A stretch of 64,000 bases of DNA from Monocercomonoides exilis PA203 (Eukaryota; Protista; Preaxostyla). The stretch covers positions 620,001-684,000 of the forward strand of contig LSRY02000016.1 in the NCBI GenBank assembly GCA_001643675.2. The letters run 5' to 3'. The notes under the pieces were generated by a model, which did not search any database, had not been told where the DNA came from, and saw nothing but the letters and a program-made list of their open reading frames with translations. Positions 49,202 through 60,800 of the stretch are shown here, piece after piece. Numbering within the stretch: the first letter of the stretch is position 1; each line of letters begins with the position of its first letter. Position numbers and translations under genes: made by a program.

Positions 49202-50199
49202 GATATTTTGCAGAAAGGTTTGATTATATATTTGATTTTTTTCTGATTATTGCTCAATTACAACTTCTATTGAAAGAATATTATATAAGTTTGATTATTG
49301 TTTAGTTTGTACAGTTTGGGAATCGCCTTTCAAAAAGGGTTTTTTTTTGACCAATAATATTTCGTATGCAATGATAAAAATTTAAATTCATTGATTGAAA
49401 TTTTGATCAAACAACATTAACAGGGACAGCTTATTGTATTTTTTACCATTTTTTTTTGAATGTTTCGAGATTTTCCCAAACAATCTATGATAATTCAGAT
49501 TTTGACTCAACTGGAAATATTGTATTTAATCCACAGAGGATATTTTTATGGATCAAATTGAGTTGAATAAATGAATGAAAAGTTTTCGAAATAATTCGAA
49601 CAAAAATTTTGCACTTATGATAAAAACCACGATTTGTATCAAACTTTTTCAACTTTTTTATTGTAATAAGTGTAACATTGTAATACAAAAATATTTTGAA
49701 AAATAATTAACTGATGAAACGATTCAAATATTCAAAAATGGAGCAAAATTTTGAAGAGAAAAAATTTCATCTCAGTTCTTTTTTGTTTCCCATTAGAAAT
49801 AACTTGATCAAAAAATGCGAATTGAAAGATTATCTGATTGCGAGATGGAAAAGGAGGTTAACGGGAAATTATATGCAGGATAAGGAATAAATTGAATTCA
49901 TTGGCAGAATTAAAAATTAGATGATAATTGGAAACTTATGAAGAGCAACTAGAAGACAAAGAAATTTGAAAGAAAATCGAAGAATGAAAAAAACTAAACA
50001 TGATTTTAAACGATGGCTGCGCGCATAACCTTTTTCATTCTACACAGCAAGCATCTGTTGAAATGACAATATTCATCGGTATCGAAGAGGTGAAAACATG
50101 AAATGAAATGTGGATAAATTGCGACTGCCGAATGCTTTTTCAAATCCTCTATGCTTTTTGGAATAATTTTTTGTGAAACGTATTTTTGAATTCAATTGC

Positions 50200-53100
50200 A
50201 CTCAACGTCTCAACTTTATTTTTTACATCATCATCGTCATTATTATCATCATCTTTTTCATCAATTATATTCTCAACGAATATCCATTTTCAACAGCTTC
50301 TTTCCATTTTCCATCAGCATAAGCATTTTCATTTTTAATTATAAAAGCTTAATCACCTCCATTTTTTTACAGCGATGTTGGAGCACAAGTTGTTAAAACA
50401 ATTCGAACGAAGTTATACTTCTTTCTCACGAAAACAAAACCTGCAGCTTCAAATAAACTCAGTTCTGCATTAGCTTTTGCAATCGCTACATTTTTGAGCA
50501 ATTTGCTGACTCTCTTCAACTGCCACATCGCTGCCTTCTTTTGAATTTTCACATGATTCAGAAGCCAATGCACGTATGTTATAAAGAATTATTCTTCTTC
50601 TGATAAATCTATTATTCCTTTGATTTCGGTAAATAACTTCAAATATATTTCATTTGACTCGTTTTCGCCTGAGGAATACTAAGAAATTAGAGCCAAAGCC
50701 ACTGGTCACGAGGAATTGAAGCAAAACATCGAGTGCATACAAAATGAAACGAATGGAAGGGATTAGCTTTCATCAACTTTTTCTTTGCATTCATAATCAT
50801 TTATTCAGTTCAATCTGAGTTTCTATCTCATCATTACACTCCTTCATTATTTGCATCTTCTTCACGCGTTCTGCTTGCCAAATTGACAAATGCCGCAAAC
50901 CTTCTGCCAAACGGGAGAATAACCACTTGCGCATTTCTAAATTCACTTCTTCATCATCTGCGCAAAACATCGCCTTCTCATAATGGATTAGATGTATTTC
51001 AAAGCCTTCTGCAACCGAGAGTTTTTGACATTTTTTTGAAGATGCATTTCTTCTTTCACAGATCTTATCAATTTTCACAAGAAAATGCTGCTCTTGATCG
51101 AAAGGAAGCTTTTGCGATGGATTCTTAGGAAAAATTGCTTCATGAAATGGTTGAAGAAAAATTTCAAAAAAAACAGAAACCAACATCCTACATCTATCTC
51201 TTTATGGCTTTGCTCAAGGCGTAGATGATCAAAAGGGGAATTGTGCTATTCTTCAGGAAAAGTTCGAAAAGAATCACATTTTTATCGCTGGAAAGGGGGA
51301 GAATGTTTCCGATCGTTTGCTGTTTATTTTCTTTCAGAACATCCACTTCGACACAATTTCCATCCAAGAATTGTTTCAAATGCGATTATTTCCTCTTCGA
51401 TTTTTTTTTTCTTCTTTTTGCATTCCTTCTTCAACTTCTCCGTTCACTTTTCATTCCGAAAATGTTTCATCACATTTTTCAGTTCTTCGCCAAAGAATCA
51501 AACAAACCTGCTCAATCATCAAAAGAACGGCCATATTAACTCCGCAATTCATTTTCATTCTTCAACAGATTGCATACCTTTTTTCGTTCGTTTCTCCAAT
51601 CAACTCAACGCTTCCATTTTATTCTTCAATTCATATATCTCTTATAGTTTCTTTAAAGGTCTTCAATACCTTATATTTAAACTACATTCAAAGATTCCGG
51701 ATAAATTTCTTCTTTTTTTTCGTCGTCATATTCTTCATTTCCCGAAATAAAACATTTCCCATCATATCCAGAAAAATCAGATTAATTATTTCTGGAAAAT
51801 TTCTCTTCACCTCTTCTCTTCCTCCTTTTCTCTTCTCTTTTGCAAGGGCTTAATTCGAATGCCATCAATTCTTCTTCCACAAATTTGTTCCATCTCCATT
51901 GCATCTCTTATTGCCTTTCAAATGTGTAATTTTAACAGAGTATTCATCAGCATCAGAAATGGAAAGCGAACGAAGAAGCCAGTTATGTGCATGTTGGCCC
52001 TTTACAACAACAAAGAAAAGAAGGCCTTTTCATTTTGTGCAGCTTTTCAGGCGGTTTCTATTTCATTTTCAAACGGTGAATTTATATCTACGTTCACAGT
52101 CGAACAATAACACCTTGTTATTTTGTGTACTCTTTTCATCTTTGTACTGGATAAGGCCATCTTAATTCATTCATTTTTCCTATAGAAGCATTTTCATTTC
52201 ATTTGTTTGATTAATTGCTTTGACTTGAAATGAACAATTCGTCAAATCATTTTTTAATGAACGTTTTCCTTTGCGAATGAAGGCACAGCATGCCGACTAA
52301 CTTACCGAAGAATTGTATCGTGCTATTATGGGAGACGGATTTGTTAAAAAATAATGCGAGAGTTGCGCAAGAAGGGCTTTTCGTTTGAACTGGCAAATAA
52401 GAGAAACATATTCGTTTTAAGTGATTCCTCAGAGTTTTCAGTTTCATTCAATCATTCTTCCTCAGTTGTGAAGCTAAAGATGAAAAACCAATGCACATAC
52501 TATCAGACTCTTTTCTCTTGAAATACATCTCGAGTCAATTGGCATGCAATAACCTCTTTCAAAGAGAATTCCTTCAAAAATAATCTGAATGGTTATTTTT
52601 GGAAGAGACCTTCTGAAAAACGAAAATTTCCTTTTGTGCAAACAAACTGTGGACTTTGCTCGTCTTTTGCGAGTTTTATGTTCTATACATCAAATACACA
52701 ATATTTGAAGGACAAACCGAATTCTCCGTCAAGATCTATTTCTTTTCTTAGGCGCAGATATGCAGTATCCAGAAGGAAAAAAGATTGAATAACAAATCTT
52801 TTTACTGGAAAGAGCAAAATGGAGCTAGCGAAGCGATTCCTTTCATCATAAAACGAATATCTGCTCAGAAGAATGAAAATGATATCTGTGTGGATAATGC
52901 AACTTGGAATGGCTCTGATATTGGCAGATAAATTATTTCCAATGCATGTGATTTATCTGCTTTTTTCGGCTTGTTCTGATCGGATGGATTTATTGTCCAT
53001 CATTTTCCTCTAAACATTCAATTCGAGAAAAAGTTGTCCTTTGGCATTTTGTGGGGGCATGAAGCATCACAGAAGTGATGAGATAAAAATCAAAAATCAT

Positions 53101-54530
53101 AACTTAGTGATTAAAAGGACTTTTCTTCATTATCTTGTTATCTTTAATTGAATCGATTCTTCTTGATCAATAACGACCTAATTAGCACAGACGCAACTGT
53201 ATTTGCAGATCCACATTTATTCTCTTCGACTTTTGTACTCTCAATCCGCTGTTATTTTCAGGTTTCATCTGAAGTTTCATCGCTTCACTCTCTGCTCATG
53301 TTTATGAAATTATCCAAAATACTTTTTGGAGAATATAGCCTCACTTCTCATTGCAGCATCTTCTGTTCAAAGAGAACCACTCTCCGAATGAGATTTCTCT
53401 TATGGGTTCTGTTGTTATTTGTACATCATTCGAACTTCTTTTTGCAAAGCATACTTATCTATTCCAACCTATTGGGTTTGGCAATTATTCATTTATCATC
53501 CCAGAGTTGCAATTGCAATTAACAATGCGTCTAACAATATTTTTCTGAAGGGACAGATGAGGAGTTTTATTTTTGGACAATGGAAATTGAGGAATCATTG
53601 AAAGAGAAAACACCATTATTGCATGTTCAAGAAAGATAATCTTCAATGAATGTTCGGCTCTGTTGATGTCCATCAGTTTTTTTTGAGCTGCAAATTGAGC
53701 TTCAAGTGGAATTATGCGAAGAAGAAGAAGAAATCTCACAACAATATGGAGTTTCAGACATCAGATGATAAAAAGTTCTATTTTGCTGTTTGAGGAAAAA
53801 ACTGTGTCATGCAGCACATTGAAATAGATGAGTTTAGAGATTATGATTTTGCTGATGAATGGAAATTTTCTTATTCACTGTCAAAAGAACTTCTTGCTTG
53901 TCTTGCATCTCGATTGAAGCTGGATTAATTTTCTCTCATGAATGATCCTGAGCGAGAGGGAAAATATCTTCATTTTTGATTATTTGAGGTGAAATTAAGG
54001 CAAAATTTAGTGAACTACACAATGATGTTGTGCTGCTGCTGATGGAAATGACGGATTCACAATTACGAATGAGTGGGAGGAGAAATTACAGTTATTTCAA
54101 TGTTCTTTTCTTCTTCAATTCAAATACAAACGTGAAAATAACAACAAAGAGAGATTATTATTTTATTCCTGCCTGAAAGCAAAGAGAAGATAATAATCCA
54201 TATCCTTACGTTCGATGAATCAATGTTTCCACCAAAAGAGGCAGATAACTCGATCAATGCAGTTATTTCTGAGTGAAAAAGATTTTTCATGAAAATCTCT
54301 AAAAATATTTCTTCGGATAGGGTATTTGCTCAAGAAAATACAACTTTGAACAAACTGAACAAAATTTGTAAATGCGAAACCAAACAGAAAATTCCAGCTT
54401 ATCATCGACCGAATGGCAAGAGCTACAGACCTTGAGTTGAATAAATCCTTACTAATTTCTCTGGAGATTTCATTAAAGCTTAAGGTTATTCTATTTTCGT
54501 TTTCGAGAAATTTGTGTCATATTCATTGAT
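50200..54530 (-). pseudogene. Probable heavily decayed large gene of unknown family
   Basis: About 4 kb with coding-like composition and strand asymmetry, with broken minus-strand frames (50367-50573, 50797-51186, 52247-52447, 54220-54405); no recognisable motif. Confidence 0.3.
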
Positions 54531-54877
54531 GATGAATCATCAAAATTCAATATTTCAATCAGAGTGCATTCGATCGATTATTATTCTCTACGAAACAATT
54601 GCTTCAAAGGAGAAAATGGTTATTTAAATGGATTTGGAAACAAGATGTCTGCTGTGAAGTCATAAAGGAAACGAAATTAACTTCGAAAAAAGGTGATTTT
54701 TGAAGGATCAAGTTTTTGATGAATAAATGTGAGAATTCCAAATGATATTCATTAATTTATGCTTGAATTCTTTTAATTCAATGTTTTTCTCATTTTACTA
54801 ACCTTTTCGAATTCAAAAATAATTCAAAGGGAAATTTGATTAAATGCCCATAATAGAACTGTTCGCAGGAGTGAGGA

Positions 54878-57800
54878 ATGAACTCGATTTTTCCTTGTGT
54901 TGCAGTTGCCTTGCTGCTCCAATATTGCTGCTGTGCTGCCCCTCCATGCGAAATCAATCATTCGAGCAGTGATTCCCGTTCTTCAATGAGCAAAATGTCA
55001 TCATCTTTATTTGATTCCTTTCCCGATTTGTTGAGTGAAAACAGAAAGTTTGAGCACAATAATAAATATTCGTGCTTCAATGGAATTATCCGAGAAATCA
55101 ATTCTTCGTTGGAAATATCCTCACTTTGTTGTGCTTTGCCCCCAAGCTGCTCACAATTTGTATTGTCTCAAAATTCATATCTTGCTCTTCATGGCTGTTG
55201 TGTGGTATGTTGCAGAACGGAATCGAAAAGCCCAATAATGTGCGTTTCTGGGTGCATGCTTTTGTCCAATATTTCGATGCGCTCTTCCGATGCTCCGAAA
55301 GCTCTCCCATCTCTTGTTTCTTCTCTGCCGGAATCTTTTTCTTTGTTTTCCCAAAATATGCTTGAAATTGATCAAAGTATTTTTGGTTCGTTTGTTCTTT
55401 CCTCGCATCCCTTCTGCTCGTCTCTTTCCCTGATCTCTGTGCGCATTGGACATTCTTCGTTCTCGAATATTTCATCCTTGGCAAAGCCTGAGCCATCCAA
55501 GCCTGATGAATCCATATTGTTCCATTTGTCGACAAAAATGAGATGTTGCTCATTCGAAGCAGTGAGTGATGCAATTGATGGAGGGATTGTCCAGTCAATG
55601 AACGAGCTTCGTCACTCTCTGAATCTGTTCAACACCTCATTTCGCGCTTGTGCTCGCACACCAAGACCAAATGAAGCCCAACACGGAACTCAAGAAAACC
55701 CAATAAATGTGAGTTCAAGGATTGGTTTGCCGGATGGCAATCATGAGTTTGAATGGTGTGAATGGATTGATTTGCCAACAAGTTCTGTGGATGGTGGAGC
55801 TATTTCCTGCACAGTTTCAAGCGCCAATGTTTCAATCCACAATTGCCTCTTCCAGAACTGTTCTTCAAACAGCGATGGTGGAGCAATGTACTTTCATCCA
55901 ATTGCAGTTACGAATATAACAGAAACAGACTTTATTGGATGTCAAGCTGGAACATATGGAGGAGCCATTCATCAATATCAAAATCCAGATGTTAATCAAA
56001 TTGTTTATTTTTTCAAATGTAACTTTCGTAATTGTTCAATAAATGGAGGTTATGGAACTGCAATTTACAGTGGATTCAGTTTATTCCCGGCTTCTGGAGC
56101 AATTGAAATTTCCCATTGCGAATTTGATGGAAATTGTGGGAATGACGCTTTTGGCTCAATTTCTTTTGCAAGTCCTCCAACTTCAAAACCGGGTGCGATC
56201 AGTGTTAATAACTGCAAATTTCAAAAAAATATCCTAACTTCAACTTCTTCAACAAGAGGAGGTGCTGCTATTGCTTTTAATCCATCAAAATCTTGGATGA
56301 GCGGGTTTCAATTCATTTCAAACTGCTTGTTTGATGGAAACACAGCTGCAAATGGAAGAGGAAACGATGTGCTTTTTTATGGTGGAGATGTAATTGAATC
56401 CCCATTCAGTAATTGCTTCTCGACAACAAAAGAAAAGAGAATCTGGAACAACAACACAGCAGACAATCAAACAGTGAATGATTGGATCACTTATTATTGC
56501 GAAAAGTTTGTGAAATCAGATGGAACAGACAAAAATAAATGTGGAGTTACTGAGGCAGATGCGTGCAAGACACTTGAATATGCAGTTGGACAGGCAGATG
56601 CAAATTCTGAATTGAAAGTGATTCTCCTTCCCTCCTCATTTTCACCTTCTTCGTGTATTGACATTGGAACAAAGCATATTGAGATGAATGGGAACGACAA
56701 AGCCACCTGCATTGTGCAGACAAACATGCTTTCAAGTGGTGCTTTAGTCTCGTTGTTTTCGATCTCGCATGGCTCCCTTTCAGTCTCTTCGTTCTCCATT
56801 GTCCACAACTCACCTCAATCACCATCGCCTTCGCTGTTCACCCTCACTCAGCAAGAAGCCACCCTTACCATCTCAGATCTCACCATCACAGGCTCATCCT
56901 CAGCTGTCATCTTCAGCTCGTCTCTATTCATGGTTTTGTTTGGCTCAATATCTGTTTCCTCCTCCAACATCTCTTCTGTTACTCTGGCGTCTGCTCCTCT
57001 GTTCCACTTTGGCACTCCATCAGATGTGGTGAACATCACATCGACAGGCATGAGTGATGTGACACGAAGTGATGGGGGAGCAGCACTTGTGGCTGATTCA
57101 GATGGATCTCTTTCGCTTTCTGTGAGCGGCTGCGAGTTTGTGAGGTGTGGGTGCCGCAAGTCTGCTGATGGAGGAAGCCATCTGCTGAGGATAGTGAATG
57201 GAAACAGCATGGAAATTGATGGATGCACATTCACTGAGTGCTTTGCAGGCAGCGAGGGTGGGAAAGGAGGGGCGCTGCACGCAAACGTTGAAATGGGAGA
57301 GGGAGGAGGAGGGAAGATGATTGTGAGTGAATCAAGGTTTGAGGGGTGTGAGTGCAGTGAGGAGAGTGGAAGAGGAGGAGCGATATATGTGCAGTTGAAA
57401 GGATCAGCAGAGGCATTCAGGCTCACTCAGCCGATGTTTGGAGGAAACAAGGCGAAATGGGGAAAGGATGTGTTTATTGCAGCAGGGCACATTGATGAAG
57501 AGGATGTGAGGAATTGGCTTGATTGGAGCTTGACGGAGGCTGAGTTGGGGTGTTTGGATGATATTGAGGGGGTGGAGATAGAAGCAGCATATGGGGATGT
57601 GGTGCTTCCCCTTGTTGTGTATCTGTGGGAGAATTTCACAGGGCCAGTGCATGTTGGGGGAAGCAGGGCGGCAGACTTCGGTGCATGTGGATTTGCTGAA
57701 GCGCCATGCTCTTCAATCGGCCAAGGATTGGCTCTTCGATTTTCATTGGCTGAGTCAGGTGAAATTCAGCTTCATGCGCCATTTGTGTTAAGCGAAGAGG

Positions 57801-60800
57801 TGACTGTGCCTGAAGGAGAGTGGAGAGTGGGATGTGGAGAGGAGTTGAAAGTTGGCATTGATGTGAGTGTGAGCTCAGAGATATCGCAAGAGGGAGTAAT
57901 TGTTTCAGGCAGTTCATTTTCGATTGAAAAGATAGTGATGAATGTGAAGAGCATTCACTCTGAGATTGAGTATCTGATGATGTGTATTGGAGGGGTTCTG
58001 AGGGTGAGCAGTTGCGAAGTTGACTTGAGGGAAGGGACAAGGGGTGTGGGGCTTGTGGCAGGGAGAGGTGGGGAAGTGGAGATTGAGGATGTGAAGATGA
58101 GTGGGAATGGGCTTGAATGTGGAATATCAGTGATTTCATTCAAAGGAGGAAATGGAGGAGGATGGTTAAAGATGATTCGATGCAACATTTCAGGGATCAA
58201 CATCAATGGTGTGGCAGAGTCGGGGTCAGGAGTGGAATGGATGAATGGAGAGTTGCTGGAGATGAGTGAGTGCAACTTGAGTGGTATTGTGAGTGAGAGC
58301 GGTAATGGGGGAGGAGTGAGAGTGGTGATTGAGAAGACAGGAACAAAAGCTGGGAATGATGAGAGTGAGCCAATGGTGAAGCTGAGTGGATGTGTTTTTA
58401 ATGGGTGCTGTGTTGAGGGTGAGGGGAGGATGGGAGGAGGGGTGTGTGTGGAATGTGTGGAATATGGGAATGCTGCTGATGCTGATGCTGATGCTGATAT
58501 TGTGATTGAGGGATGCCGATTCAAGGGGTGTGAAGCACCAACAAGTGGAGCAGGAGGAGGATATGGAGGAGGGGTGATGATTGGACTGGAAGAAGGGGGA
58601 GATGGGTTTGTTGTGAGAGATCCGGATTTTGGAGAAGGAGGGAGCAAGCCAAACAAGGCGAAATATGGGAGCAACATGTTTGTGCAATCGGCTGAGCTGA
58701 GGTGCAGCATCACAAACACCACACTGCCTTTCATGGATGGGATGAGGGGTGAGGAAGGGATAGAAGAACAGTTCATGGGATATGATGGGAGCGACAGAGC
58801 GAATGCAATCCCATTGGTGTATTTCTTTGAAGAAATTGGAGCAGAAGTGCATGTTGGGAGTGGAGGTGCAGACACAGTGGTGTGTGGCTTTGAGAGGCAT
58901 CCGTGCAGATCGCTTCATCACACAGTCACCCGATTGGAGGGAGGAGAGGGGAAGAGGATTATTGTGAGTGGTGAGAGTGAGGTGGGGAGCGAGATGGATG
59001 TGAGTGGAGTGGATGTGAGATGTGCATCTGGAAGCAGCACTTGTGTTGTGAGGTGTCTGAAAGATATTGGTGGGAACACAGGAATTGTGATTGTGAACAC
59101 AAAGAGATGTGTGATTCAGGGGATTGTGTTTGCTGTTCCTTGCTCATTTGGAAATGGAGACAAGAGACTGATTGCATCACAGGGTGTTGAAGGGGTGCTG
59201 GAGGTGGAAGAGAGCTCATTTGGGATGGATGAAGGGGAGAGTGGATCGATTGAGTTTGTGATGATCACAGTGAATGAAGGAACATTGCTATGCGCAAGGC
59301 TGAGCATGCAATCTATTTCAACGAGTTGTCCACTCATCTGTCTGGAGAACAGCGGGACAATCAACATGAGCAGCAGCAACTGGTCAGATGTGGTATGCGA
59401 AGGATGCAGTGCGCTGGGTGTGGAGGTTGTTCTGAGTGAAGATCCAGAAATGGGAATGAGCAGTACCAAAATGGCACATGACAAATCAAACAACAACATG
59501 CTGGCAAACATTGGAGTGAATGAGTGTGCGTTTTCGAGAGTGGAGCAGAAGAACGGAAATGCACCTGGGCTACTGAGAGGCGCAACAATCACAGGATTAA
59601 CACTGCGAGTGAACAACACCACACTGGAAGGGTGTGGCTCATCCTCAAGTGAAAGAGGAGGAGCAGTGCTATTTGAGCTTGGGAATGGTGGGTCTGTCAC
59701 GTGGGAAGATTGCCAAGCGAGTGAGTGCTTTGCAAAGTCGAGTGGCAGAGGGGGTGTGATCTTCCTGGATTGTTCATCGAGCACACAAGCACCGCTTCCT
59801 TTTTGCTTCAGCAACATCGACTTTTCAGCAAACACAGCGTTGCGAGGGAGAGATGTGTATGTGAGATGCACCAACATCGACACACAGATCAATGAAACAC
59901 AGTTCGACCTCGACTTTGGCACATCATACAACCGCACATTTGCAATATGGGGGTGCACAATGCAGACATTTGAGGATGAGGAGGATCTTCTGCTGAAGAT
60001 GTTGCCATTCATGGATTATGTGGTGTTTGCTTCATCAACAGCACCTGAGGCATCAGATTCCATTCATTGTGGGAGTTCATCAGCTCCATGCGAATCTGTG
60101 AATGTGGGGCTGAGGCATGTGATCAGCAGTTCATTCAGCTCACTTTATATTTTCTATGATTCCCTCATCGCAGGCCCAGCATCAGCGAGAGATGTGGCAA
60201 TCCGGTCAGCAGACAGGGTGGAGGTAGCAACAGTGCATCTGGACCAGCCAGCGAATGGAGCAGAGGATGAGGGGATCATTGAGTGTACCCTGCGAGTGGA
60301 GATTGAGCTGATCACATTTGAATTTGGAGCACATTTCTCATCATCTGTTCCATCTCTTCTGCATGTGAAGAGTGGCTCTCTTGTCCTTTCACGCGCAATG
60401 TTTTCAGCGCAGAACATGTTTAATGCGCAGTCTGCATCAAATGAGCAAACACTGCAACTGAGCATGGTGCGTGTTGCCCAAGGCTCGCTCTCAATCATAC
60501 AATCCAGAATTGCTGCAATGAGAATTGCATTGCCATTCCTCTTGATCAGAGAAGCAAATGCAGTGAATGTGTCACATTTGGATGTTTCAGAGGTGTTCTT
60601 CACAGGGAATGTGATGGAGCTGCACAATGCATCAGAGGTGCACATGGAAAGTGCGAGACTGGAAAATGTTGTTGCAAATGGAAGTTGTGTGATTGTGGAT
60701 GACTGTGTGAATGTGGGTGTGAAAGAGTTTGAATGTTCAGATACTCAAGCAAATGGAAGCGTTTACAAAATCCACTCGACCAATCCCATTTTAAATTCAA

